Positions 49,499-60,468 are shown, numbered from the stretch's first letter. The stretch is 64,000 nt of DNA from Polyangia bacterium (GCA_046351595.1 JAXLYE010000004.1:513219-577218); one strand, 5' to 3'. The notes: generated by a model not told the origin, from the sequence alone. Numbers and translations are program-made.

Positions 49499-49798
49499 AT
49501 GCGTACGCGTACGATCGACCGGCCCGGGACGCGCCTGCGCCGGCTGCGGCGCGCCGGGATGAGGGTCCTGCTTCCCGGGCTGCTGCTCGCGCTGCACGCG
49601 GGCTGTCCGGGAGACTCCGGCGCGCTCATGGCGGAGGACCGACCGGACCTCGGTGCGCCGCCACCGGATCGGGCCTGCGTCCCCTCGCCGCGCACCCACG
49701 TCGAGATCCTCAACGCGTGCACCGATGCGCAGTCCGTGGACAAGCGCGTGGTGCTGCCGCTCCTGCGCCCGGATGGCACGCTGCCGCCGCTCCCCTAG
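49499..49798 (+). CDS. Small putative lipoprotein.
   Basis: MRTRTIDR...LLLALHAGC lipobox. Short ORF, weak. Confidence 0.25.
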   Translation: MRTRTIDRPGTRLRRLRRAGMRVLLPGLLLALHAGCPGDSGALMAEDRPDLGAPPPDRACVPSPRTHVEILNACTDAQSVDKRVVLPLLRPDGTLPPLP

Positions 49799-51107
49799 TC
49801 GCGGCTGCGCGCTGCTGCTCGCCCTGCTCGCACCGACGGCGGCGCGGGCCGAAGACGGGGCGCTGGCAGAGCGGGTGGCGCGGCTCGAGGCCCAGGTGCG
49901 TGAGCTCGCCCAGGCGCGCGAGCCCGCGCAGGATCCACGCTCGCCCGTGCTGCGGCTCACAGGCTTCGTCCAGGTGGACGCCGCGGTGTACCGGCAGGAC
50001 TCCGAGGATCAGCTGGACGAGGCGACCGGGCAGCCGCTGAACGAGACGCGCTTTGTGATCCGGCGGGCGCGCCTGCGCGCGGTGAGCGAGTGGCGCTACC
50101 TCGGGGCCGCGCTGGAGCTCGACGGCTCGACGGTGCAGGGCGCGCAGGCGCGGCTGCTCGGCGCCGAGGCGTGGGTGCAGTGGCCGGCCCCGCGCGAGCT
50201 GCCGCCGTACGCGCAGCTCGCCGCCGGCCTGTTCAAGATTCCCTTCGGGCGCGAGGTCCTGCAGTACGACCCCGAGCGCCTGTTCCTGGAGCGCTGCACC
50301 GTGGTGCGCGCGCTGTTCCCGGGCGAGTACGATCTGGGCCTGCGCGTGCAGGGCGGCTGGCGCCTGCTGCGCTACGCCGTGGCCGCGATGAACGGAGCGC
50401 CGGCCGGCGAGGCGATGTTCTCGGCGCGTGATCCGAACCGCAGCAAGGATCTGATCGCGCGCCTGGGCATCGACAGCGCGCTCGGCTCCGCGCTGCGGCT
50501 GCGCGTCGGGCTCTCGGGCGTGTACGGCACCGGCTTCAGCCCGGGCACGGCCGCGACCAAGGACGTGCTGACCTGGCGCGACGACAACGACGACGGGCAG
50601 GTGCAGCCGAGCGAGCTCCAGGTGCTGCGCGGTCGCGCGGCAACACCCTCGCAGAACTTCGACCGCAGCGCGCTCGGTGGCGATGCCGAGGTGACGATCG
50701 CGCTGCCGCGCCTGGGCGAGCTGCAGCTCGCCGCGGAGATCATCTGGGCCCAGAACCTCGACCGCGGCCTCGTGCCCGCGGATCCGATCGCGGCGGGGCG
50801 GTCGCTGCGCGAGTTCGGGTACTACGTCGGTTTCACGCAGGCGATCACGCCCTACGCGCGGCTCGGCCTGCGCTTTGATTCCTACGATCCGGACGCGGAT
50901 CGGCAGGAGCAGCGCGGCGCCCAGCTCGTCCCGGTGGTCGCAGGCTTCTCGACGCTGGCGGTGACGGCTGCGGTGCAGCACCCGCGCTTCGGCCGCCTGA
51001 CCGTGGAGTACGAAAACAGCCGCAACCCGCTCGGCCGCAGCGCCTCGGGAGCACCGACCACGCTCGGTCGCGACGCGGTGATCTTGCGCGCGCAGGGGAG
51101 CTTCTGA
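49776..51107 (+). CDS. Outer-membrane beta-barrel, phosphate-selective porin O/P-like.
   Basis: Signal peptide plus a coiled-coil N-terminus. Alternating amphipathic strands. C-terminal ...LRAQGSF with a terminal Phe. Confidence 0.45.
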   Translation, partial: ARCRRSPSRGCALLLALLAPTAARAEDGALAERVARLEAQVRELAQAREPAQDPRSPVLRLTGFVQVDAAVYRQDSEDQLDEATGQPLNETRFVIRRARLRAVSEWRYLGAALELDGSTVQGAQARLLGAEAWVQWPAPRELPPYAQLAAGLFKIPFGREVLQYDPERLFLERCTVVRALFPGEYDLGLRVQGGWRLLRYAVAAMNGAPAGEAMFSARDPNRSKDLIARLGIDSALGSALRLRVGLSGVYGTGFSPGTAATKDVLTWRDDNDDGQVQPSELQVLRGRAATPSQNFDRSALGGDAEVTIALPRLGELQLAAEIIWAQNLDRGLVPADPIAAGRSLREFGYYVGFTQAITPYARLGLRFDSYDPDADRQEQRGAQLVPVVAGFSTLAVTAAVQHPRFGRLTVEYENSRNPLGRSASGAPTTLGRDAVILRAQGSF

Positions 51108-51979
51108 TGCGCGCCGCGCGAGGCCTCTTGGTGCTGCTGGCGTTGACCGCCGCGTGCGAGACCGCGTCGCCGCTGTCCGCGGTCACGTCGCTGCTGCGGG
51201 TCGAGGGCGCGCAGCGGGTCGAGGGCGCGCCGCCGGCTGGCTTCGGCGGGCCAGGCGTCCGCGGCCTGTCGCTGCTCAGCGCGGCGGTGTGGCCGGGGCA
51301 GCAGGGCAAGCCGCTCGGCGGCACGCTCGACGCGGGGGCGACCGCGGTCTCGCTGTACCTTACGGGCGACCGCAGCCACTTCATCCTGCCGGCGGCGCCA
51401 CCGGACGTGACCGCGCCCGAGCTGCCGACGTTCGCGACCGCGCTCTCCTTCGCGCCGGAGCTGCCCCCGGGGCCGCGCGCGCTGCAGGTCCAGGCGACGG
51501 ACGAGCAGGGACGCTACGGCGCACCGCTCGTGCAGGCGCTCTCGGTCGCGGAAGAGCCCTCGCCGCCGGGGGCGCTGGTGTTCACGCTGCGCTGGCAGCG
51601 CGCCGCGGATCTCGATCTGCATGTGGAGGAGCCGAGCGGCTCGGAGATCTGGGCGCGGCGCAAGGGAGCGACGAGCACACCCGTCGGAGCACCGGAGGCG
51701 AGCGCGGGCCACCTCGATGCGGACTCCAACGCGCAGTGTGTGCTCGACGGGCGGCAGCGCGAGAGCGTGATCTATGCCGGTGCCGTGCCGGCCGGTCGCT
51801 ACCGGGTGCGCGTGGACACCTTCTCGCTGTGCGGCCAGGCGACCGCGTACTGGCAGCTCGAGGCGCGCGCGCACGGCCTGGTGCTGGCGACGGCGCGCGG
51901 CCAGAGCCTGCCGTCCTCGACGCGCGGCCCGCACGGGCAGGGAGCCGGGGTGCTGGCGCTGGAGGTCGAGCTGCCGTGA
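51107..51979 (+). CDS. Lipoprotein, hypothetical.
   Basis: MRAARGLLVLLALTAAC lipobox. Stop/start overlap with the upstream gene. Confidence 0.5.
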   Translation: MRAARGLLVLLALTAACETASPLSAVTSLLRVEGAQRVEGAPPAGFGGPGVRGLSLLSAAVWPGQQGKPLGGTLDAGATAVSLYLTGDRSHFILPAAPPDVTAPELPTFATALSFAPELPPGPRALQVQATDEQGRYGAPLVQALSVAEEPSPPGALVFTLRWQRAADLDLHVEEPSGSEIWARRKGATSTPVGAPEASAGHLDADSNAQCVLDGRQRESVIYAGAVPAGRYRVRVDTFSLCGQATAYWQLEARAHGLVLATARGQSLPSSTRGPHGQGAGVLALEVELP

Positions 51980-54057
51980 GGCGCGCGGGCGCGGCCGTCC
52001 TCACCATCGAGCTCGCGGCCGCCGCGCTGCACCCCGCGACCGCCGCAGCCGAAGCAGCTCGCGGTGTGGCTGGAGCTTTCGAAACCGTCGTGCGCGCAGA
52101 GCCCGAGCGCGCGAGCCCTCTCGCCACGCGGCTCGACCCGAGCGAGGCGGCGACGCGGCCCGGGACCTTCGGCGATGCGCTGCGCGCGATCGAGTCCGCA
52201 CCGGGGGTGGCACGCACCGCGCTCGGCTCCGGCCTGCTCGTGATCTGGGGCGCGGCGCCGCAGGAGTCCAAGGTCCTCCTCGACGGGATGGAGCTGCCGG
52301 CGCTGTACCACCTGGGCGGGCAGCGCACCCTCCTGCCGACCGGGTTCCTCAAGGAGCTGTCGCTCGTGCCCGGCGCCTACGGCGCAGAGTACGGCCGCGC
52401 GCTCGGCGGGCTCGTCGTGATCGAGAGCAGCGAGCCGTGCCCATCGCCCGGTATCCACGGCGCGCTCTCGGCGGATCTGCTCGATGCCGGCGCCGAGCTC
52501 TCCGGCCGCATCGGTCCGCGCCTGCAGCTGCGCGCCGCGGGCCGCTACAGCTACCTCGATCGTGTGCTCTCTGCGCTCGCACGCGAGGATCTCGGCGACA
52601 CGTTCCCGCTGCCGCGCTACTACGACTTCCAGGTCCAGGCCGCGCTCGAGCTGCGCCCGCGCGAGCGGCTCACCGCGACGGTGCTCGGCTCCGGCGACGA
52701 GCTGCGGCGGGCGCGCGCGCTCGGTGATCCACAGCGCGTGCAGTCTGAAACCTGGCGGCGTGTCTCCTATCGCGCCAGCCTGCGCTACGAGCGCCACCTG
52801 CCGGACGGCGCCCACGTCAGCGCGCTGCCCTGGTTCGGCTGGGATCAGAACCAGTACGAAGCGGCCTTCGGCCTGACGCCCGCCCGCCTGGACTCGCGCG
52901 AGCTCCGCTATGGCCTGCGCGCCCGCTACCGCCTGCCGCTCGGTGCGCGCCTCGCGCTCGATGTGGGGCTCGACGGACTCGGCGCCCGCGTGCAGCTCGA
53001 GCGCGCGGGCTCGCTGACCCGCCCCGCCCGCGAAGGCGACCGCGCCGTGTTCGGACAGGGCCCGGGCACCGAGGTCAACGCCGACACCTGGACCGTGCAC
53101 ACCCTGGATCTCGCGGCCTCGCTGACGCTGGCCATTCGCCTCGGGGCGCTGCGCATCGAGCCCGGCCTGCGCGCCGGCGGCACCCTCGTTGACACCAGCC
53201 GCCTGCTGCCGCGCCTCGGGGCCTTGCCGCCGCTCGGCGCGCGCCGCATCGAGTTCGTGCTCGAGCCGCGCCTGCGCCTGCGCTACCGCCCGCACCCGCG
53301 GCTCGAGCTCGTCGCCGCCTCCGGCCTCTATCACCAGCCGCCCGATCCCGCGGACCTCAGCGCAGTCTTCGGCAACCCCACGCTCGAGCCGTCCCGCGCC
53401 GTCCACGCCACCGCCGGCCTGTCCGTCGCCGCGCATCGCGCCCTCCAGATCGAGCTCGCGGGATTCTTCCGCTCCCTCGACCGGCTCGTCGTGCGCAGCC
53501 CGCTCGCCACCCCGCCGCTCGCGCGCGCCCTGGTCCAGGACGGCGCCGGCCGCAGCTACGGCGCCCAGCTCGCGCTGACGCTCGCGCCCTGGCACGGGCT
53601 CAGCGGCGCGCTCGCCTACACCCTCGGCCGCAGCGAGCGCCGCGATGCGCCCGACTTCTCCTGGCGCCCCTCGGCCTACGACCAGACCCACGTCCTGCAG
53701 CTCGCCCTGCGCTATGTCCTGTTCGGCATCGGGCTCGGCGCGCGCCTGCGCTACACCTCCGGCCTGCCGCGCACCGACGTGCTCTCCGCCTACTACAACG
53801 CCCGCGAGGACGAGTACCAGCCCGTGCTCGGTCCGCTCTACGCCGGCCGCCTGCCCGACTTCGTGCAGCTCGACGCCCGCATCGATCGCACGTTCCACCT
53901 CGGCGCGCGCCTCGTCCTCACCGTGCAGCTCGAGGTCCAGAACGTCACCAACCAGAAGAACGCCGAGGAGCGCGCCTACCGCTTCGACTATTCGCAGAGC
54001 GGCTACATCACCGGCCTGCCGACCCTCGCCGTGCTGGGCGCGCGGATCGGCTTCTGA
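51976..54057 (+). CDS. TonB-dependent outer-membrane receptor.
   Basis: Plug-domain pattern GDALRAIESAPGV...VIWGAAPQESKVLLDGMEL...GGLVVIES. C-terminal ...GARIGF with a terminal Phe. GTG start overlapping the previous stop. The Arg-rich 5' part of ORF 51154 is a frame artefact. Confidence 0.75.
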   Translation: MRRAGAAVLTIELAAAALHPATAAAEAARGVAGAFETVVRAEPERASPLATRLDPSEAATRPGTFGDALRAIESAPGVARTALGSGLLVIWGAAPQESKVLLDGMELPALYHLGGQRTLLPTGFLKELSLVPGAYGAEYGRALGGLVVIESSEPCPSPGIHGALSADLLDAGAELSGRIGPRLQLRAAGRYSYLDRVLSALAREDLGDTFPLPRYYDFQVQAALELRPRERLTATVLGSGDELRRARALGDPQRVQSETWRRVSYRASLRYERHLPDGAHVSALPWFGWDQNQYEAAFGLTPARLDSRELRYGLRARYRLPLGARLALDVGLDGLGARVQLERAGSLTRPAREGDRAVFGQGPGTEVNADTWTVHTLDLAASLTLAIRLGALRIEPGLRAGGTLVDTSRLLPRLGALPPLGARRIEFVLEPRLRLRYRPHPRLELVAASGLYHQPPDPADLSAVFGNPTLEPSRAVHATAGLSVAAHRALQIELAGFFRSLDRLVVRSPLATPPLARALVQDGAGRSYGAQLALTLAPWHGLSGALAYTLGRSERRDAPDFSWRPSAYDQTHVLQLALRYVLFGIGLGARLRYTSGLPRTDVLSAYYNAREDEYQPVLGPLYAGRLPDFVQLDARIDRTFHLGARLVLTVQLEVQNVTNQKNAEERAYRFDYSQSGYITGLPTLAVLGARIGF

Positions 54058-54180
54058 GCGACCCGCGCAGCGGGCCCTGCGCCCGATACGCGGGCTCGGG
54101 CGCGTGCGGCCCCGTCGCAAGCTGTGGTACGTTGATCAGCGCTCCCGTCTGAGCTACCCGAACCGACGCCCCAGGAGGAT

Positions 54181-56716
54181 GCGGATGAACCGGGCTCTCT
54201 CGCTGCGCGCCGTGGGCCGCCTGCTGGCACCGGTGCTGCTCTTGTGCGGCTGCGAGGCGCTCTATGCGCAGAACCCCGCCAACTGCGTCCAGAACGAGAA
54301 GGCCTGCAGCCGCGACGAGCGCTGCAACCCCGAGACGCAGCGCTGCGAAACCCTCGACTGCCAGGTCAACCCTGCCCTGTGCCTGCCGTCGGAGTTCTGC
54401 AGCCCCTCGCGCCGCTGCGCGCCCAAGACGTGCGTGATCGACGCCGCGCTCTGCACCACCGCCGAGCTGTGCAACCCCGCCACCGAGAAGTGCGAGCCGC
54501 GGCAGTTCGTGCTCGGCCAGCCCGACGAGCGCACCAACCAGAACGCCGCCTTCGGCCTGCGCCGGCCCGCCTCGGCGATGCTGGTGCCGCCGCCGCCGCC
54601 GACCAACCTCGGGCCGACGCGCCTCGTGGTCGCGGACACCGGCAACGCCCGGGTGCTGATCTGGAACGACGTGCCCACCACCAACCGGCCCGCGGACGCG
54701 GTGCTCGGCATGCCAGACATCCATACGCTGTCGGCCAGCGGCACCTACAGCGGCACCAACGAGCGCAGCCTGGGCTTGCCGTGGTCGGTGACCAGCGACA
54801 GCACCCGCCTGATCGTCGGCGATCAGGATCAGCAGCGCGCGCTGATCTGGAGCCGCCTGCCCGACAAGCCGAGCGGCGCCGACGCCATCGCCGCGAGCCG
54901 CCTGTGGGGCCAGTTCGACTTCGAGTCGAGCCGCCCCGACGCCGGGGTCGGTGATACCAACGAGCTCGGCCTCGATCACCCGCGCGTCTTCTTCGACCGC
55001 TCCAACCGCAGCCCGCAGAAGTTCTTCATCAGCGACATGATGAACCACCGCGTGCTGGTGTTCCCGGACGTGCCCGACAGCCCGCTCACGCCGCCGAGCG
55101 CGATGGTGGGCCAGGTCGACTACGTCAGCTATGACCCGACGACCACGGCCACCGGGCTGAGCGCGCCACGCTCGCTGTGGAGCGACGGCACGCAGCTGTT
55201 CGTCGCCGACTCCCAGAACCACCGCGTGCTCGGCTATGCGCTGCCGCTGCCCGCGACCGGCGGCACCGCGTCGCTGGTATTCGGGCAGCCGGGCTTCACC
55301 ACGGCAATGCCCAACCGCGGCGGCGCGCCGAACGAGCTGACGCTGGCAAACCCCTCGAGCGTCTGCGTGGTCGGCACCGCGACCCGCCTGCTGTTCGTCG
55401 CCGACGAGCAGAACCACCGCGTGCTGCGCTACCGGCTGCCGATGGCCAACGCCGATCTGGTGCTCGGCCAGGCGAGCTTCACCGCCGTCGCGCCCCACCG
55501 CGGCGCGGCCCCGACCGCCGCCTCCATGGACACGCCGGTCGAGGTGACCAGCGACGGCACGCGCCTGGTCGTGGTGGACGCCGCCAGCAACCGCGTGCAG
55601 ATCTGGAACACGCTGCCCACGACGAGCGGCCAGCCCGCGGACGTGATCCTCGGCCAGCCCGACGGCACTTCGATCCTGCCCAACACCCCGCCTACGCGCA
55701 GCCTGACCCAGATGCGCCTGCCATCGAGCGTGGCCACCGATGGCGCGCGCATCGCGGTCGCGGACACCGAGAACCACCGCGTCCTCATCTGGAACACGGC
55801 GCCGGTCGCCGCCAATACGCCGCCGGATCTGGTGCTCGGCCAGGCCGACGGCAGCGGCAACCGCCCCAACACCGGCCTCGCGGCCCCCAACGCCTCGACC
55901 CTGAGCGCGCCGCTGTCCGTCGCCTTTGCCGACGGCGGGATGCGCCTCGTCGTCGCGGACTCCGGCAACCACCGCGTCCTCATCTGGAACCAGCTCCCGA
56001 CCCAGAGCTTCGCCCCGGCCGACGTCGTAGTCGGGCAGCCGCGCTTCAACGTCGGCACGCCGCAGTCGCTCACCCAGGGGCTCAAGGAGCCGTCCTCCGC
56101 GGTGCTCTCCGGCGGCACGTTATACGTCGCCGACACCGGCTACAACCGCGTGCTCGTGTACAACGACCCGTTCCGGTCCGGCACCACCGCGGACGTGGTG
56201 CTCGGCCAGCCCGTGCTCGGCTCGGTCACGGCCAACCAGGGCGGGCAGTCCGCGCGCTCGCTGTCCCAGCCGCGCGCCGTCTACGTGCACGAAGGCAAGC
56301 TCCTGGTGGCCGACACCGGCAACCACCGCGTCCTCGTCTGGAACACCCTCCCCAAGACCAGCTTCGCCGACGCCAACGTGCTGATCGGCCAGGCCGACTT
56401 CAGCACCTCGTACACGCGGACCGACCGCACCGGCCTGTTCGGACCGCGCGGCCTCGCCGTCCACAACGGCCGCCTGTACGTCAGCGCCGCGCTGCAGAAC
56501 CGCGTCCTGTACTGGAACCAGATCCCGACCCAGAGCGGCCAGCGCGCCGACGGCGTCCTCGGTCAGGTCGAGTTCCTGTCCAGCCTCCCCAACGACTTCG
56601 AGCTGCCGCCCATCCAGCGCCTGTCCCAGCCGATGGGCCTCGCCGCGCTCGGCCGCTGGCTCCTCATCGCCGACTCCCTCAACCACCGCGTCGTGGTGCG
56701 CGGCCTGCCCGAGTGA
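54181..56716 (+). CDS. Secreted NHL-repeat beta-propeller protein (about 14 NHRVL repeats) with an N-terminal Cys-rich module.
   Basis: Lipoprotein-like signal LLLCGC. Repeated ...ADxxNHRVLxW... units. Confidence 0.8.
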
Positions 56717-56761
56717 ATCTCCCATCCGTCCTCGGGCCGTCCGCGCTCGCACCGTCCGCGC

Positions 56762-57676
56762 TCAGCGCGGGAACGCATGCGGCCGACCGGCCAGCTGCTT
56801 CTTGAAGAAGTCGATCGTCCGCTTCCACGCCAGCGCCGCCGCCGCCTGGTCGTAGCGCGGCGTCGTGTCGTTGTTGAAGCCGTGCTGCGTGCCCGGGTAC
56901 ACGAACAGCTGGTAGCGCACGTGCGCGCTCTTCAGCGCCGCCTCGAACGCCGGGATGCCGGCGTTGATGCGGTCGTCCGTCTCCGCATAGTGGATGAGCA
57001 TCGCCGCCTGGATCTTGCCCACGTCCTCGGCCTTGGGCTGCGTCCCGTAGAACGGCACCGCCGCCTGCAGCTCCGGCACCCGCGTCGCCAGCATGTTGAC
57101 CACGCCGCCGCCGAAGCAGAACCCGACCGCCCCGAGCTTGCCCGCGTAACCCGGCTGCCGCTTGAGGAACGCCAGCGCCGCGATGAAGTCCTCGCTCGTC
57201 TTTGTCTGATCCAGCTTCGCGAACAGCTCCCGCGCCTTGTCCTCGTCCCCCGGGTAGCCGCCGAGCGGCGTCAGCGCGTCCGGAGCGAACGCCAGAAACC
57301 CCTCCAGCGCCATGCGCCGCGTGATGTCCTCGATGTGCGGGTTCAGGCCGCGGTTCTCGTGCACCACCAGCACCACCGGCAGCTTGCCGCCCCGGGCCGC
57401 GACCGGCTGCGCCAGGTAGCCGCGCATCCGCCCGTACCCCAGCGGCGACTCGTACTCTGCGTACCCCGCGGCGAGCCGGGTGTCGTTCGGCGCCACCACC
57501 TGCGCCTCCGCAAAGCGCGGGCTCAGCGCCTCCAGGATGGCCGCCGCCGTCCAGCCTCCCACCGCCAGCTTCGCCGCCCGCTCCAGGAACTCCCGCCGGT
57601 CCACGAAGCCGTGGACGTACTGGTCAAACAGCTTCCACACCTCGGGCCCAAGGTCCCGCGTCGATCGTCGCTCCAT
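56762..57676 (-). CDS. Dienelactone hydrolase family protein with a Tat-type signal.
   Basis: RREFLERAAKLAVGG twin-arginine motif. DLH fold motifs GAVGFCFGG and H near the C-terminus. Confidence 0.8.
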   Translation of the reverse strand: MERRSTRDLGPEVWKLFDQYVHGFVDRREFLERAAKLAVGGWTAAAILEALSPRFAEAQVVAPNDTRLAAGYAEYESPLGYGRMRGYLAQPVAARGGKLPVVLVVHENRGLNPHIEDITRRMALEGFLAFAPDALTPLGGYPGDEDKARELFAKLDQTKTSEDFIAALAFLKRQPGYAGKLGAVGFCFGGGVVNMLATRVPELQAAVPFYGTQPKAEDVGKIQAAMLIHYAETDDRINAGIPAFEAALKSAHVRYQLFVYPGTQHGFNNDTTPRYDQAAAALAWKRTIDFFKKQLAGRPHAFPR

Positions 57677-57741
57677 GGCTCACCTCGCGGCCGGCATTCT
57701 AGCGCGCCGCCCCGACCCCGATGCGCTACACCGTCCCTACC

Positions 57742-58632
57742 ATGAAGCCGTCTCCGCGACCCCCCGGCCTGCCTCCCGCGCTGCTCCCCGTGCTACTCGC
57801 CCTGCCCGCCGCCGCCTGCGCCCCCGAGCTCGGCCCCCCCGCCTCCCTCATCCAGGGCCCCCGCATCCTCGCCATCCTCAGCGAACCGCCCGAGACCTTC
57901 CCCAAAGACCCCGTCCGCCTCCGCCTCTACGCCGTCACCCCCGCCGGCCCCCTCGGCGACAGCGACGCCGAGGTCGAGTGGTCCTTCTGCACCGACCCCA
58001 AGCCCCCCGTCCAGCCCAACGCCGCTCCCGACTCCTGCCTCGCCGCATCCGTCCGCCCCATCCCCGGCACCACCCTCACCGTCACCGCCTCGCTCCCCGA
58101 AGACGCCTGCTCCCGCTTCGGCCCCGAGCCGCCGCCGCAGCAGGGCCCCGAGATCCCGCGGCCCCGCGATCCCGACCCCACCGGCGGCTACTACCAGCCC
58201 GTCCGCGCCCGCCTCAACGGCCAGACCGCCCTCGCCCTCCTCCGCATCCGCTGCAACCTCGCCCGCGCCACCCCCCAGACCGCCGCCGAGTACCGCACCC
58301 GCTACACCCCCAACCAAAACCCCCACCCCCTCTCCCTGACCCGGTCCCCCCTCCCCAGCAGCACATCAATCACCCTCCGCCTGACCCTAACCCCCGACTC
58401 CCAAGAGACCTTCCTCACCCTCAACCCCGCCACGCAAGCTCTGGAAGAGTCCCAAGAACAGCTCAGAGTCTCCTGGTTCACCACCACCGGCACCCTCAGC
58501 CCCAGCACCACCCCAGCCACCCAAGACTCCCAGACCACCTGGACCCCCACCGAAGAATCCCCCCCTTCATTCTGGGCCGTATTAAGAGATTCCAGAGGCG
58601 GCTCCTCCGTCCTCTTCCTCCCCCCTCCCTAA
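57742..58632 (+). CDS. Pro/Thr-rich lipoprotein, hypothetical.
   Basis: MKPSPRPPGLPPALLPVLLALPAAAC lipobox. Confidence 0.5.
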   Translation: MKPSPRPPGLPPALLPVLLALPAAACAPELGPPASLIQGPRILAILSEPPETFPKDPVRLRLYAVTPAGPLGDSDAEVEWSFCTDPKPPVQPNAAPDSCLAASVRPIPGTTLTVTASLPEDACSRFGPEPPPQQGPEIPRPRDPDPTGGYYQPVRARLNGQTALALLRIRCNLARATPQTAAEYRTRYTPNQNPHPLSLTRSPLPSSTSITLRLTLTPDSQETFLTLNPATQALEESQEQLRVSWFTTTGTLSPSTTPATQDSQTTWTPTEESPPSFWAVLRDSRGGSSVLFLPPP

Positions 58633-58648
58633 AGAAGCGACACCCCAC

Positions 58649-58830
58649 CGTACAGAGTATGCGCGGGTGGCGGCGGAAGGAGGGCTCCCGACGCGGAGCG
58701 GCGGGATACCTGCAGCCGACAGGACCCGCGCCCCTAAAGCCGTACAGAGTATGCGCGGGTGGCGGCGGAAGGAGGGCTCCCGACGCAAAGCGGCGGGATA
58801 CCTGCAGCCGACAGGACCCGCGCCCCTGCA
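58649..58830 (+). repeat. Two tandem copies of a roughly 90-bp element (CGTACAGAGTATGCGCGGGTGGCGGCGGAAGGAGGGCTCCCGACGC..AGCGGCGGGATACCTGCAGCCGACAGGACCCGCGCCCCT).
   Basis: Near-identical direct repeats read in the sequence, with only a 2-nt difference. Confidence 0.85.
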
Positions 58831-59832
58831 TCACCCAGTAGGCTTGTCCCCACCCTCCGGTTCCTCTTTCTTCTTCCCAGACTCCCCACTCCGCCTCCCC
58901 GCCGAAGCCAACAGCGGAAAGTGCCCCATCCCCCCCGGGTCCTTCCGACACAAGAACCGCCCCACCGCACAAACCTCTTCATAGCTCCCCGCAAACAGCA
59001 CCGCCACCCGAGCCTGCCGATCCTGCCACTCCTCCACGCTCTTCCCCGCCCCCCCGTCCAGGTAATCGAGGATCTGATCCGCCAGCTTCGCCGCCAGCCG
59101 CTCGTCCGCCTTGTCGTAGTGCCGCGGCGTCCCCGCGATCGCCTGGTGGTGCTGCTTGTACAGCCGCGCCAGCGCCAAAAGATCCGCCGCCAGATCGTTG
59201 TACCCCGCCCCCTGCCGGATCGCCCCCAGCTCCCGCGCCACCTGCGGGTCGTCGCTGAAGTGGAAGTCCAGCACCCGCAGCATGCGCGCCCGCAGCTGCC
59301 CCGCCTGATCCAAGAGCACCAGCGGCACCTGCTGCGTCGACGCCATCCCCCGCGCCCCCTCGAGCTGCGCCCGCGTGAACCACGCCGCCTGCGCCAGCTC
59401 GCGCAGCCCCGTAAGCTGCGACAGGTCGAACAGCCCCGCCTCGGCCAGCGCCTCGTAGCAGTGCACCAGCTTCGCCGTCTCGATGTAGCGCAGCACCTGC
59501 AGCGCCGCGAGCGCCGCGCGCTGCAGGTGATAGGTCGGCCGGCTCACCTCGCGCGCCGGCAGCGCCTGCATCCGCGGCAGCACCCGGAGGTACGCCGCCT
59601 CCGTCGCCGCCGCCGTGAACGCCTCGCTCGCCTTGTCCGCTTCTGCGGCCCGCGCCGGCGCCCGGATCGCCGCGGGCGTCGCCTCCTTCGCAGCCGAGCG
59701 GGCCCCCGCCTTGGCGGGCTTCGCCTTCGCGGCCGGCTTCTTCGCGGCCGGCTCCTTGGCGGTCGGCTTCTTGGCAGTCGTCGTCTTCGGGATCGTCTTC
59801 CGGGGGGTCGGGCGCGGGCTTGATCTGGGCAT
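58831..59832 (-). CDS. Hypothetical protein with a histone-H1-like Lys/Ala/Pro-rich N-terminal tail.
   Basis: 333-aa ORF with helical body. N-terminal TTTAKKPTAKEPAAKKPAAKAKPAKA. Confidence 0.5.
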   Translation of the reverse strand: MPRSSPRPTPRKTIPKTTTAKKPTAKEPAAKKPAAKAKPAKAGARSAAKEATPAAIRAPARAAEADKASEAFTAAATEAAYLRVLPRMQALPAREVSRPTYHLQRAALAALQVLRYIETAKLVHCYEALAEAGLFDLSQLTGLRELAQAAWFTRAQLEGARGMASTQQVPLVLLDQAGQLRARMLRVLDFHFSDDPQVARELGAIRQGAGYNDLAADLLALARLYKQHHQAIAGTPRHYDKADERLAAKLADQILDYLDGGAGKSVEEWQDRQARVAVLFAGSYEEVCAVGRFLCRKDPGGMGHFPLLASAGRRSGESGKKKEEPEGGDKPTG

Positions 59833-60009
59833 GTCTCGCTTATAACAAAGCCCGGATCCGGCGTGTGCGCCCGATCACGCTCCGTCGCCCAGCCGGCCGA
59901 TCGAGGACCCAGCTGGGGCAGACCGGGGCCGCGCCCGCAAGCCCGCGTCGCGCCTCGGGTGTGGCTCGTCGCAGCCGGTACGGGACCCGGCGCGGGCCGC
60001 GGCTGCGGA

Positions 60010-60420
60010 CGGTTTGCCCGGTCCCAGCCGCAAAAGAGCCCTCGGACCCCGCAAGAGGGATGTCGGACTGTCCAAAAAAGCCCCAGGACCCCCCCAAAAG
60101 GGATGTCGGACTGTCCAAAAAAGCCCGAGGACCCCCCAAAAGGGATGTCGGACAGCCCAAAGAGGCCGTCGGAGCCCCTCCCAGGGATGCCCGACATCCC
60201 TAAAGACCGCCTCCGGGGGCCTAGAAGAGAGGTCCGACATCCCTCAGAAGGGGGTCGAGGCCCTTCCCTGGGAAGTCAGACATCCCAGAAAAGGGTGTCA
60301 GGGCCCTTCGGAGGGATGTTCGACCTCCCCAAAGAGGGTGTCGAGGCCCTTCCAAGGGATGTAAAACCTCCCAAAAGAGGGTGTCGAGGCCCTTTTAGGG
60401 GACGGCGGGGCGCCGCGACA
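60010..60420. repeat. Degenerate array of about 40-bp units built on the palindromic core GGGATGTCGGAC / GTCCGACATCCC, in both orientations, about 9 units. Lower GC. Lies in the 635-bp region upstream of metH.
   Basis: Units read directly: AAAAGGGATGTCGGACTGTCCAAAAAAGCCCCAGGACCCCCCC x2, then variants including GGGATGCCCGACATCCC. No unique spacers. Confidence 0.8.
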
Positions 60421-60468
60421 AACTGCGGGGTGCAGCGCCGGCCGGACGGGGTAGTATGCCCCCCCAGA

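Noticed and set aside
51154-54057. 967-aa ORF with an Arg-rich N-terminus.
   Set aside because: Its first 270 aa are out-of-frame over the lipoprotein gene. The TonB-dependent receptor really starts at GTG 51976.
60010-60420. Possible CRISPR array.
   Set aside because: Repeats are contiguous and degenerate with no unique spacers, and no cas genes are nearby.
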